Shown one piece after another: positions 18,506-27,592 of a stretch of 64,000 nt of DNA (positions are counted from its first letter, which is position 1; every line of letters starts with the position of its first letter). The position numbers and the translations under genes are program-made. This DNA is from an uncultured Candidatus Saccharibacteria bacterium. Its GTDB lineage: Bacteria > Patescibacteriota > Andersenbacteria > UBA10190. The notes beneath the pieces were generated by a model, which searched no databases, was not told the origin of the DNA, and saw only the letters and a program-made list of their open reading frames with translations. The stretch lies in NCBI GenBank assembly GCA_964359735.1, contig CAYHTZ010000006.1, positions 3,898 to 67,897 of the forward strand, read 5' to 3'.

Positions 18506-19885
18506 ATGGCGAAGTTAGTCTCTACGAACCCGGCTAGGAATTACGAGGTGATTGGCGAGGTTGAGGTTTCGAGTGAGAAGGAGATTCAGGAGAAGGTTGA
18601 GGCCGCGCAAAACGCCAAGCAGGAATGGAAAGCTTTAGGAGTGGCTAAGCGGGTGGAGCTGTTGAGAGAAGTTCACCGCATGTTCGAGGAAAATAAGGAA
18701 GCTTTGGCACAGCTGGTCACAAAGGAAATGGGAATGCCTATTTCGCAAAGCAGAGTTAATGATGTTGATTCAGGGCTCTACTATTTCAAATGGTACCTCG
18801 ATAACGCGGAGAAGTACTTAGCGCCGGAAGTTACGTACGAAGATGAGAAAGCAATCCACACGGTGTACCACGAGCCATACGGGGTGGCTGGAGTGATTGT
18901 TCCTTGGAACTTCCCCTTTTCGAATTTTATTTGGGGCGTAGGGCAAAACTTGCTGGCAGGCAACACAGTGGTATTCAAACATTCGGAGGAGTGCCCGTTG
19001 TTTGGGAAAGCAATAGAGGAAGTTACCGCAAAGTCTCCTCTGCCCGATGGGGTATTCAATGAAGTGTATGGCGATGGCAAGGTGGGAAGTTATTTGGCCC
19101 GCCAGAATATTAACTCGATTAGCTTCACAGGTAGCACAGCCGTGGGGAAACCATTATATAAGATTGCGGCGGAGAAATTGATCCATGTCTGCCTTGAGCT
19201 TGGTGGCTCGGCTCCCGGGATTATTTTTGAAGATGCGGAGCTCGAAGGAGCTGTGGATGGCCTATATTTCAGCCGTTTTGGTAACTGCGGGCAGGCGTGC
19301 GATGCCTTAAAGCGCTTAATTGTTCACGAAAGCCGATTTGATGAAGTGGTGAATAGGTTCAAGGAGTACTTGGAAGCCAGAAAGGTTGGGGACCCGCAAG
19401 ATGAGAGTACAGAAGTAGGTCCGCTGGTCGCGAAGCGGCAACTTCGGTTGCTCGCGGCGCAAGTGAGGGACGCTATAAGAAAGGGAGCGGGGGTCGCAAC
19501 GGGCGGGAAAGCACCCAAGGGTTTAAAAGGAGCCTATTTCCTGCCTACGCTCCTCACGGCGGTTACCCCGAACATGCGAGTGTGGCAGGAAGAAGTGTTT
19601 GGGCCGGTGTTGCCGGTGGTTTCATTCAAAACTGAGGAAGAAGCAATTCAGTTGGCGAATGATACGAAGTACGGTTTAGGGTCTTACATTTTCACGAAGG
19701 ACAAAGATAGAGCGGCCCGGGTGGCCGGGATGCTGGAAGCAGGAATGGTGAGCGTGAATAATGTCACATATTTGCAACCCTCCAGCCCGTTTGGCGGCTA
19801 CAAGCAATCTGGCATCGGTCGCGAGCACGGCAAGTTCGGATTCAGTGATGTGTCTCAAGTTAAAGTCGTGGCAACGGAGAAGTGA
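18506..19885 (+). CDS. NAD(P)-dependent aldehyde dehydrogenase
   Basis: PWNFP, FTGST, LELGG, GQAC, EEVFGP, PFGGYKQSGIGRE. Confidence 0.97.
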   Translation: MAKLVSTNPARNYEVIGEVEVSSEKEIQEKVEAAQNAKQEWKALGVAKRVELLREVHRMFEENKEALAQLVTKEMGMPISQSRVNDVDSGLYYFKWYLDNAEKYLAPEVTYEDEKAIHTVYHEPYGVAGVIVPWNFPFSNFIWGVGQNLLAGNTVVFKHSEECPLFGKAIEEVTAKSPLPDGVFNEVYGDGKVGSYLARQNINSISFTGSTAVGKPLYKIAAEKLIHVCLELGGSAPGIIFEDAELEGAVDGLYFSRFGNCGQACDALKRLIVHESRFDEVVNRFKEYLEARKVGDPQDESTEVGPLVAKRQLRLLAAQVRDAIRKGAGVATGGKAPKGLKGAYFLPTLLTAVTPNMRVWQEEVFGPVLPVVSFKTEEEAIQLANDTKYGLGSYIFTKDKDRAARVAGMLEAGMVSVNNVTYLQPSSPFGGYKQSGIGREHGKFGFSDVSQVKVVATEK

Positions 19886-19921
19886 TTGATTCCTATCTGT
19901 TTCTCTGGCATACATAACATA

Positions 19922-20044
19922 ATGACTCAGAGTGGCGGAGAAAATGAAAATGTCTTTTTGAAGTTTGGCGGGCCGAAGAAGAATCGCCAGAAGGGTACAC
20001 TGCGGAAGCGAAAGAGGAGGCGCGGAGGCAAGCCAGGCAAATAG
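19922..20044 (+). CDS. Small basic peptide (40 aa), not in ORF track
   Basis: MTQSGGENENVFLKFGGPKKNRQKGTLRKRKRRRGGKPGK*; abuts GT2 ATG. Confidence 0.45.
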   Translation: MTQSGGENENVFLKFGGPKKNRQKGTLRKRKRRRGGKPGK

Positions 20045-20755
20045 ATGATTTCCATAGTCATCCCGGCGTACAACGAGGAAAAGTATATTGGGGCGTGCTT
20101 GGCGTCGCTGGAGAAACAAGTGACTCGGCAAGAGTTTGAAGTGATTGTGGTTGATAACGCGTCAACGGATGGAACGGCTGAAATAGTGAAGTCATTTGTC
20201 GGTCGTGCACCGGTGAAGTTGGTACACGAACCAAAGAAGGGGCGGGGGCCGGCCCGGGCGGCAGGGTTTGCTGCCACGCGCGGGGAGATTGTTTTATCGA
20301 CAGACGCGGATGCTGTGCTGCCGCCTAACTGGATAGCGATTATGTCGGCGCCTTTTTCTGACCCTCGCGTCATTGGAGTTACCGGTACGTGCTATATCTC
20401 TGATCGGTCGACGCCGGCAAATGCAATCTTCAATACCGTGCAGTGGTCTATTACATTTCTGTGGCGCCTTGTGTACGGGAACTTCTGGCTGCTTGGCTCT
20501 AATAGTGGAATCCGCAAAAGCGTTTACCAGCAGGCAGGAGGCTTTAACTTGATGTTGAATTCGCAGGAAGATACGCAGCTCAGCCTGGCGCTGCGTAAAT
20601 ATGGGAAAATACAATACGTTGGCGCTTCGCGGGTAGACACATCTGGCCGGCGCTACGATAAAGGAATTGTGGTCGGTCTGCTGGAATACGTTTGGTCATT
20701 TTTTGAGCGGTTCCTCTTGCGGCGCAAGAATGTCCACCTACGAGATGCGCGGTAG
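20045..20755 (+). CDS. Glycosyltransferase family 2
   Basis: ISIVIPAYNEE, VVDNASTD, TDAD, ED, SGRR. Confidence 0.95.
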   Translation: MISIVIPAYNEEKYIGACLASLEKQVTRQEFEVIVVDNASTDGTAEIVKSFVGRAPVKLVHEPKKGRGPARAAGFAATRGEIVLSTDADAVLPPNWIAIMSAPFSDPRVIGVTGTCYISDRSTPANAIFNTVQWSITFLWRLVYGNFWLLGSNSGIRKSVYQQAGGFNLMLNSQEDTQLSLALRKYGKIQYVGASRVDTSGRRYDKGIVVGLLEYVWSFFERFLLRRKNVHLRDAR

Positions 20756-20805
20756 GTGGTACTTAAGGCTCGACAGTCTAAGTCTCATATGTTCTCATTA
20801 TTTAT

Positions 20806-21954
20806 ATGTGGACGAAGGCGCGCGTCGTCGGTTTATTAGGAGCTCTACTCTTCGCTGCGGGGGTAGCATGGGCTGCCGGTACCCAGTGGCGGTTTTATCA
20901 AACAGATCTGGTGCGTTGTGCAGATGTGGCAGCGGCTGATAATGACGTCTGTGGGTCAGCGACCACTGGTACTGATTCTCTTTCGCGTGGGACGATCATC
21001 GCAACGAAAAAAGTGATCACCTTAGTACTGAGAGGTGCTGCGCCTAGCAAAGAGTACCGCTTAGGTTTTCTGCCCATAGAGAATTCTGGCAGTAATCCAT
21101 TTGGCAGTTACAATGCTCCACGCTGCATTGAGCTAGGCACTTTCTCTACGGACAGGAAAGGAAATGCATCAGCGAAATTTGATCCAAAGCTGACCAACAC
21201 GGAGGTCAGTAGCGGCCCAAAGTTTGGCTATTTTATGGTAGCGAGTGAGCCAGATTGTTTTGGTGGGCAATTTATTAGTGGTTTTGATTTTGGTTTGGGT
21301 AACTCACCATCGCCAACTCCTACTCCAACAGTTACACCTGCATCCAACTGTTCGGGATACATCAATGATTTGCAACCGGTAGTCGTAGACAATTTCAACG
21401 GATACTCTGATGGCTCTATTGTTGGGCAAGATGGATGGGTGAGCTATGTCAATGGAGATCATTTTGTAGTGCAGGGCAGCACGGCGTTTGAGGGAGCAAA
21501 AGCCGTGCACAATGACTCTTTCGGGGATAGTGTTGCTGGAAGGTATGGTACATCTCGTACAGACGGAAAGCAGGCCGTATGTTTCAGGACTGAGAATAGA
21601 GACAATTGGGGTTTCTATTCTGCAGATGGGAATGTCGGATTTCGCGTTTCAGATGGATTGAACGGAACAATATTTGCCTCTGTATCACTCAAGAAGGATG
21701 GCCATGTTGCTTATTATGACCCAATAGCTGACGTCTACAGTGACTTCGCGACTTATAATGACAACGAATGGGCGCTTCTAGAAATTGAATGGCGTTCGAG
21801 CGGTAAAACGGCTCGATATAGGATAAATGGTGGAACGTGGACAGACTGGAAGACATTTCGCGGTGCCCCTTCATTTACAAAGTTTGATTTCCTTCACTTC
21901 GGATTCGTACTCCCAAGTGGTTCGGGTGGAGTATATTTTGATGCATTGCGTTAG
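20806..21954 (+). CDS. Secreted two-domain protein with C-terminal beta-sandwich (lectin-like)
   Basis: Signal peptide, PT linker, 'DNFNGY..GSIVGQDGW...VYFDAL'. Confidence 0.7.
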   Translation: MWTKARVVGLLGALLFAAGVAWAAGTQWRFYQTDLVRCADVAAADNDVCGSATTGTDSLSRGTIIATKKVITLVLRGAAPSKEYRLGFLPIENSGSNPFGSYNAPRCIELGTFSTDRKGNASAKFDPKLTNTEVSSGPKFGYFMVASEPDCFGGQFISGFDFGLGNSPSPTPTPTVTPASNCSGYINDLQPVVVDNFNGYSDGSIVGQDGWVSYVNGDHFVVQGSTAFEGAKAVHNDSFGDSVAGRYGTSRTDGKQAVCFRTENRDNWGFYSADGNVGFRVSDGLNGTIFASVSLKKDGHVAYYDPIADVYSDFATYNDNEWALLEIEWRSSGKTARYRINGGTWTDWKTFRGAPSFTKFDFLHFGFVLPSGSGGVYFDALR

Positions 21955-21981
21955 TTTCAGTGCTAGCAGGGTAACCTGCTC

Positions 21982-22206
21982 TTAGGTAATTGTCGTGGAT
22001 GAGCTGCTTATTGTAGTAGCTGTCGACTGAATAGTTTGCACCCAGTTTGAGGTCGGTATGCGGTCCTCTGAATGAATTTCGTCCACTTTGTGCCCAGAAA
22101 GGACCTGGGCAGTAGATCCACAAGCGCATACTAATAATAGAAATCCGCCCATTATAGGGTGTGGTGTAGATATTTTTCTGTGGCAACGTGGGCAGTAGTG
22201 TGACAT
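21982..22206 (-). CDS. Small putative Zn-ribbon protein
   Basis: CPRC...CACG. Confidence 0.4.
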   Translation of the reverse strand: MSHYCPRCHRKISTPHPIMGGFLLLVCACGSTAQVLSGHKVDEIHSEDRIPTSNWVQTIQSTATTISSSSTTIT

Positions 22207-22315
22207 ATTGTTTGAAGCTTAACGGTTATCAATAGTTTCTCAAGAGAATTTGGTCGACACATTATACAGCTTTGATTTTTGTTCGCCGGCGGGATAGCGT
22301 GAATGTATAAGCGCT

Positions 22316-22663
22316 ATGGGCGACGTAGATCACCTTATTAAGAAAATTGTTGCATTCCGGGATGCTAGAGATTGGAAGCAATTTCATAATCCAAAAGACA
22401 TGGCCCTTTCTTTGGTCTTGGAGGCTGTGGAGGTACTGGAACATTTTCAGTGGAAAGACAAGAAAGAGATGGTGGAGCACGTTGAAGGACACAAAGCAGA
22501 GATTGGTGAGGAACTCGCGGACGTTCTCTATTGGATTCTGCTTATGAGCCATGATTTTGGTATTGATATTTTAGATGCCTCTAAGAAAAAGTTAGCTAAG
22601 ACTGAGAAAAAATATCCCGTTGCGAAGGCGAGGGGTAAGCATCTCAAGTACGACAAATTATGA
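22316..22663 (+). CDS. MazG-like nucleotide pyrophosphohydrolase (DCTPP1-like)
   Basis: FRDARDWKQFHNPKD, EAVEVLEHFQW, EELADV, KKYP. Confidence 0.95.
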   Translation: MGDVDHLIKKIVAFRDARDWKQFHNPKDMALSLVLEAVEVLEHFQWKDKKEMVEHVEGHKAEIGEELADVLYWILLMSHDFGIDILDASKKKLAKTEKKYPVAKARGKHLKYDKL

Positions 22664-23769
22664 GTCCAGACCTTACCTCGGCTCTCGACACAAAGCAATT
22701 CTTCAGATTCACGGGGCCACCTGAGCACTGGTTGACAGCTGTTAAGTATATGACTTGGGGGCTCGAGGAGAGTCATAGAGAGAGGTGGAAGAAGATTCAA
22801 ACGGGAGATGTTTTCTTTATTCACAGTACCGGTCCGCAAGCGTCCGCATTTCCAGACGCGGCTTCGGGCATCATAGGTATTGGAGTTGTTGGATTTCATT
22901 TCTCAGTAAAAACTAACAGCCTATGGCACTACGAAATAAAAAACAACAATAACCAATGGCCATTGCTCATACCTCTTACCGAGATTTATTTGTTCGGTGA
23001 GTTGCCCAGTCCCGCGGCGTGGGAGTCGCCAACTCCTGGTAATGATGCACAAACGGCAAAGCTCATTAGCCAGCTGGTTGCTGGTAGAATGCCAATATCT
23101 GAAATTCGAGGATTTCCTCAGATGGGGAGTTTCTCTTCTGTCTCACGGGAAGTTGCCGAACAAATCCTTTTTCAAAAGAGGCCCCTCTACCTTTACTCGG
23201 GTCATTCAACCCGTGGCACGATTGAAGAGAAGCCTTCTGATTTCTTCGAAGTGAAAAATGCGACAGAAACTTTACGGCATGCCGCCTCGCTCCGTTTTCT
23301 CGATGAGGTAAACAGAAGAATTATTACAAAGCCATACTCCTTGGTTGCGCGCGACAATGAAATTCTAGCTCGCGCAGAATCAGTGCATCACTCGATAGTA
23401 CAACAGTTGATCGATATCTTTAGGGCTAAGGGTTATCAGACTCTTTCGAATGAATTTGTGGATTTGTTTGCACATGATGAAAAGCGCTCGTTTCTTTTTG
23501 AAGTTAAGAGTACGGAGAATAGGAATTTCAGATCTCAAGCTCGGAAGGGAATAGTGCAATTATACGAGTACGATTATTTCGATGTAAGGAAGTTTAAGCG
23601 AGAAAGAGGGATAGACTTTCGAGATCAATACAGGATCTTTGTACCATCACGTGAGCCTGCTGATAAGGGTTATGTCGAGTTTATCAATTCCCTAGACCTA
23701 GGTGTTGCTACGGTCAAGGATGGTGCGGTCAAGCCGGTGGGTCAAGATTTCGGTTTTTCAAGGCTCTGA
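22660..23769 (+). CDS. EVE/PUA-like domain fused to PD-(D/E)XK endonuclease; candidate modification-dependent restriction enzyme
   Basis: N-terminal 'W...TWG......W.KIQ.GD.FF.H...GIIG.G.V'; C-terminal H...VDLF...LFEVKS...QL.EY. Confidence 0.7.
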   Translation: MSPDLTSALDTKQFFRFTGPPEHWLTAVKYMTWGLEESHRERWKKIQTGDVFFIHSTGPQASAFPDAASGIIGIGVVGFHFSVKTNSLWHYEIKNNNNQWPLLIPLTEIYLFGELPSPAAWESPTPGNDAQTAKLISQLVAGRMPISEIRGFPQMGSFSSVSREVAEQILFQKRPLYLYSGHSTRGTIEEKPSDFFEVKNATETLRHAASLRFLDEVNRRIITKPYSLVARDNEILARAESVHHSIVQQLIDIFRAKGYQTLSNEFVDLFAHDEKRSFLFEVKSTENRNFRSQARKGIVQLYEYDYFDVRKFKRERGIDFRDQYRIFVPSREPADKGYVEFINSLDLGVATVKDGAVKPVGQDFGFSRL

Positions 23770-23783
23770 TTTGAAATGAATTT

Positions 23784-23927
23784 ATGATCCGCAAGATAAA
23801 AGGTGGATGGAGGGTGGTGGCTGAGAGCGGGAGGAATATGGGGACGTACAAAACTAAGCGGGAGGCGAAGGAGCGGCTTAGGCAAATTGAGTTTTTCAAG
23901 CATCTCAAGAAGAGGAAGAAAAGATGA
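23784..23927 (+). CDS. Small basic protein (47 aa), not in ORF track
   Basis: MIRKIKGGWRVVAESGRNMGTYKTKREAKERLRQIEFFKHLKKRKKR*; ATGA overlap with next gene. Confidence 0.7.
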   Translation: MIRKIKGGWRVVAESGRNMGTYKTKREAKERLRQIEFFKHLKKRKKR

Positions 23928-24205
23928 CCACAGATGTTCAGATTGTGAAAACGGAGGATCTGCCGGCGGGCTGGCGATTTGCGGTGCGGCTGAAGGATGA
24001 GAGCGGAGAACAGGTGCATACGGTGGAGCTGGACAGTGATTATTGGCAGAAATTTGCCGGGAGGTACGGGACGCCAGAGAAATTAGTGGTGGAATCGTTT
24101 CGGTTTCTTTTGAACCGCGAGCCGCGGGAATCTATTTTGCTTTCATTTAACCTCAGGAAAATTTCCCAGTATTTTCCTGAGTATGAGGAAGCCATGAAGG
24201 GGTAA
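23924..24205 (+). CDS. Small conserved-looking hypothetical protein
   Basis: PEKLV.ESF.FLL.REP.ESIL.SF.L..IS.YFPEYE. Confidence 0.8.
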   Translation: MTTDVQIVKTEDLPAGWRFAVRLKDESGEQVHTVELDSDYWQKFAGRYGTPEKLVVESFRFLLNREPRESILLSFNLRKISQYFPEYEEAMKG

Positions 24206-24257
24206 GTCCCGTTTCCCGACCAGGTCCATGATATGTTAAAACTTAACGTATAAACCC

Positions 24258-24785
24258 ATGAACAAACCTCCGCAAAATAACTATGCGTTTGTAGACGGTC
24301 AAAATCTCTACATGGGCACAGCAAAACGAGAAGTTGATCCATGGAAGGTAGATTTGGCAAAATTCCGTGTGTATCTCGCGCGTAAGTATAGCGTGTCAAA
24401 AGCATTTTATTTTCTTGGATTTTTAGACGAATCACGACAGTCGCTGTACGAAAGTATACAAGCGGCTGGATTTATTATTGCATTTCGCGAACATACATCC
24501 TTGATGCTTGGCAAAAAGAAAGGCAATGTTGACTCAGACATCGTTTTTAACGTTATGCAGAAGATGTATTACAAAGAACCATTTGATAAAATTGTATTGG
24601 TTTCCGGGGACGGCGATTACAAGCAGCTGGTTGATTTTCTCGTAGCCGAATCAAAGCTTGAAAAAATACTGTTTCCAGATCGGAAACGGGCATCATCACT
24701 CTATAAAAAGCTTGGAGCAGCTCATTTTGCGGCGCTTGATGAGCCTGACACGCGTCGGAAAATAGAAATGAAAAAGGCTCCTTAG
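24258..24785 (+). CDS. NYN (LabA/DUF88) PIN-like nuclease
   Basis: AFVDGQNL, KGNVDSD, LVSGDGDY. Confidence 0.93.
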   Translation: MNKPPQNNYAFVDGQNLYMGTAKREVDPWKVDLAKFRVYLARKYSVSKAFYFLGFLDESRQSLYESIQAAGFIIAFREHTSLMLGKKKGNVDSDIVFNVMQKMYYKEPFDKIVLVSGDGDYKQLVDFLVAESKLEKILFPDRKRASSLYKKLGAAHFAALDEPDTRRKIEMKKAP

Positions 24786-24855
24786 GTAGTTAGCCGTTCG
24801 GAACCTTTTTCGTCGTAATACATAAAGTATGCCCACAACCACGTATAATGTCAAG

Positions 24856-25266
24856 ATGACGCCCGAGGAGTTTGAACAACTGGTAGATGAGGGGATTGCG
24901 GCTATTCCGGAGCGATTTTTGAAAAAGCTCTCTAATGTGGCGATTGTGGTGGAGGAGGCGCCCTCGCGTGAACAAGTCCGCCAGCTGGCGGAGAAGATGC
25001 GCTTACATCACGGGCATACATTGTTAGGTTTGTATGAAGGGATCCCGCAAACGAGGCGGCAGCACTACGGCGTGGGAGGGGCAGTGCCGGATAGGATTAC
25101 GATTTTCCGCCGGCCGATTGAGTGGGCGAGCGGCGGGGACCCTGGGCGCGTGCGAGACATTGTCCGCGATACGGTGTGGCACGAGATTGCCCACCACTTT
25201 GGTATGGGCGAAGCGCAGGTGCGCAGGCATGAGGCCCAGCGCCGGAGACAAACGGCTAGCACCTAG
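24856..25266 (+). CDS. Zincin-like metallopeptidase (DUF1025)
   Basis: LLGLYEGIP, PDRITIFR, HEIAHHFG; TATAAT 6 nt before ATG 24856. Confidence 0.92.
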   Translation: MTPEEFEQLVDEGIAAIPERFLKKLSNVAIVVEEAPSREQVRQLAEKMRLHHGHTLLGLYEGIPQTRRQHYGVGGAVPDRITIFRRPIEWASGGDPGRVRDIVRDTVWHEIAHHFGMGEAQVRRHEAQRRRQTAST

Positions 25267-26732
25267 CCGCAATTATTTTCGGAGGTAGAAAGGAGAGCGG
25301 AAATCCCCAGCCAATCGGTAGGCGCGCGGTTGTCGGTAAGCAGCAAACCTGTCCCGCGGGGGGATTCGCCAGCTTCAAGAACGCGAGTGAGCGCATTGAT
25401 GTCCGGCCCGGCCTTCTCGGCCGGTGGCAGCGGGTTATGGGAAGCTAAGATTTCATGATTGCAGGATTTCGGCACAGAGATGATCCGAACATGCGGGAAA
25501 ACTTTGTGCATGGTACGGCTGAGGCTCCTGATCCAAATGTTGTCACTGGAAGTAGCGTTTGCGTTAACCACTAGGATGCCGCCCGCGGCTAGCCGCGGCT
25601 TTACTGTTTCAAAAAATTCTTGCGTGACCAGGTGGAAGGGAATGGTAAGCTCACGGGCGTAGGCGTCCACGATGATAATGTCGTACTGATTGGTATCACT
25701 CGCGATAAAGGCGCGGGCGTCGGCGGCAACAGTGGTTCTCTCCGGCGGGTCGAAGTATGCGTCAGCAATTTTGAAGAGGGCGCCGTCGAGCTCGACGCTG
25801 GTAAACTCGAATGTCTTCTGGCCGGCCCAAAACTTCTGGAGCTGGTGCTCGCTGGTTGAGGCCGCGGCGCCTAACACCAGAACGCGGATATTTTCTTTCG
25901 GAAGGAAAGCGGGCAGGGCCGCCACGTAATCCCAGTAACCATCCGTGTACCTTTCGCGCGTGTAGACGGATTGGATGCCAAAGGTGGCGTCAAATGTGAG
26001 AGCGCGGGTGGAGCCATACTGCTTGACGGCTACGTGTTGATAAGGCGTTTCGGCAGCAAAGATAGTATCAGGATCAGGGGGGGCGGGAATGAGGGAGGTG
26101 AGCGCGGCAGCGAGAGCGAGGAGAACAATGGAAATGAGCGGGCCCCTCGACTTCGCTCGGGGTGAACCCTTCGGTTCAAAGAGCAGAGGTAAACTCAACA
26201 GCAGAACAGCACCGCCAAATACCCAGCTCGTTTCGCGGGTGCCTAAGAAGGGGATGGTGATAAATGAAGGCAGCAGAATGCCAAGGAGACTTCCGATCGT
26301 AGTGAGCGAAGAAATCCTGCCGGCTACGGAGCCTGCTGCCTCTCCCCGGCGGGCAGCCTCGACCTGGACAGCCAAGGGGTTCACAGCGCCGAAGACAACA
26401 GAAGGTACAAAGAGTATGGCGTAGGCAAGCGTTAGGCCGACTGATCCTGGCAGCACCTTGGCCCAGTGGTATACGGCAGGCATGAGCAGAAAAAAGATGG
26501 CGCCGGCGCAGGCATAGCATACGACGGTGAGTATAGTTGTTTCTTCACGGGCACGCCGGCCGCCGTGCGCGTAGCCCAAAGCTAGCCCGGCGATGACGGT
26601 GGCAATGGCTGCTCCCCATATAGGCAGGGAGCTCCCAAAAAGAGGGGCCAAGAAGCGCAGGCCGGCAATTTCCAAAGCGGTGGAAGCGGCGCCAGATGTG
26701 AATAGAAATAGGTACCAGTGGGCAGGACGCAT
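25263..26732 (-). CDS. Membrane domain fused to spermidine-synthase-like SAM-binding domain
   Basis: N-terminal TM bundle; ETPYQ, VLVLG, VELD, DAR.F, YDIIIVDAY, HL.T.EFF, LTDNRAP. Confidence 0.88.
   Translation of the reverse strand: MRPAHWYLFLFTSGAASTALEIAGLRFLAPLFGSSLPIWGAAIATVIAGLALGYAHGGRRAREETTILTVVCYACAGAIFFLLMPAVYHWAKVLPGSVGLTLAYAILFVPSVVFGAVNPLAVQVEAARRGEAAGSVAGRISSLTTIGSLLGILLPSFITIPFLGTRETSWVFGGAVLLLSLPLLFEPKGSPRAKSRGPLISIVLLALAAALTSLIPAPPDPDTIFAAETPYQHVAVKQYGSTRALTFDATFGIQSVYTRERYTDGYWDYVAALPAFLPKENIRVLVLGAAASTSEHQLQKFWAGQKTFEFTSVELDGALFKIADAYFDPPERTTVAADARAFIASDTNQYDIIIVDAYARELTIPFHLVTQEFFETVKPRLAAGGILVVNANATSSDNIWIRSLSRTMHKVFPHVRIISVPKSCNHEILASHNPLPPAEKAGPDINALTRVLEAGESPRGTGLLLTDNRAPTDWLGISALLSTSENNCG
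26142..26173. repeat. REP-like family B element within CDS
   Basis: GCCCCTCGACTTCGCTCGGGGTGAACCCTTCG; translated as PKGSPRAKSRG in an inter-helix loop. Confidence 0.65.
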
Positions 26733-26788
26733 AGCTCTTGCCACATAGTAGCAGGTTGATATGGTAGGAGGGCAAGGAGGTGAGGTGT

Positions 26789-26950
26789 ATGGCACATTAT
26801 GTATGTCCAGAATGCGGGGGAGTGGCGGATCACCCAAAGGTGTGCGAAACCCCTGGCTGTTCGCGAGCTGGGCACGACCTCATGGAGTGCAACTGTACCG
26901 ATAATAAGCACGCGGAAGTGATGGACGCTACCGCAGGCGAGGGAATGTGA
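26789..26950 (+). CDS. Small Cys/His-rich metal-binding protein (53 aa), not in ORF track
   Basis: AAGGAGGTG RBS; MAHYVCPECGGVADHPKVCETPGCSRAGHDLMECNCTDNKH... Confidence 0.8.
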   Translation: MAHYVCPECGGVADHPKVCETPGCSRAGHDLMECNCTDNKHAEVMDATAGEGM

Positions 26951-26986
26951 TATGCTTATAGGTAATTATCCGTAACATTATTGATT

Positions 26987-27544
26987 ATGGCGAAAAGCGT
27001 TCTGGGGGAACTCGGGAATAAGATGAAGGTGGCTTTAGTGGGGACCGTGAAAGGAGCGGATGAGCTGTACGACACGCTCTTCGAAGCGGTGCGCGGGAAC
27101 GTAGTGGCATTCCTTACCGGCACGGGGGATGTAGCGAAGGCGGGCATGGGCGGCGTGAAGGATATTGTGGTGGGAGCGATCCATGCGGTAGCGGAGATCG
27201 GGGTAGCGGCAGGAGATGCAGTTCATGACATTGTGCACGCGGCGGTAAAGGGCGTGGCGGAATCGGGAGGAGATGTAGGGAGCGCAGTGAAGCATTCCGT
27301 GCGCGGTGCTATTCAAGGGGTGAGTGATGTGGAAGGCGACGTGGTAGATGCGTCGGTGAAAGCGGTGAGCGGGGCAATTAAGGGTGTGCGGGAAGTCGGG
27401 GGAGATGTAGGGAGAGCCACAACGGATGCTGTTACGGGAGCGGTGGAAGCGGCCGGTGAAGTATCGCAGACAACGGTGCATGAAGTGAAAAAGACGTTGG
27501 CGGATTCTGTGGAAGGCGCCAAGGACGTGATTCATAAACTCTAG
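26987..27544 (+). CDS. Hypothetical protein with about 22-aa Gly/Ala/Val helical repeats
   Basis: Repeats of GAI.GV.EVGGDV..A....V. Confidence 0.8.
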   Translation: MAKSVLGELGNKMKVALVGTVKGADELYDTLFEAVRGNVVAFLTGTGDVAKAGMGGVKDIVVGAIHAVAEIGVAAGDAVHDIVHAAVKGVAESGGDVGSAVKHSVRGAIQGVSDVEGDVVDASVKAVSGAIKGVREVGGDVGRATTDAVTGAVEAAGEVSQTTVHEVKKTLADSVEGAKDVIHKL

Positions 27545-27592
27545 CGAGTTTGATGAAGACTTATACACTAGGGGATTGTGGGAAACGTACGC

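Noticed and set aside
27035-27568. His/Arg-rich minus-strand ORF
   Set aside because: Antisense shadow of the Gly/Ala/Val repeat gene.
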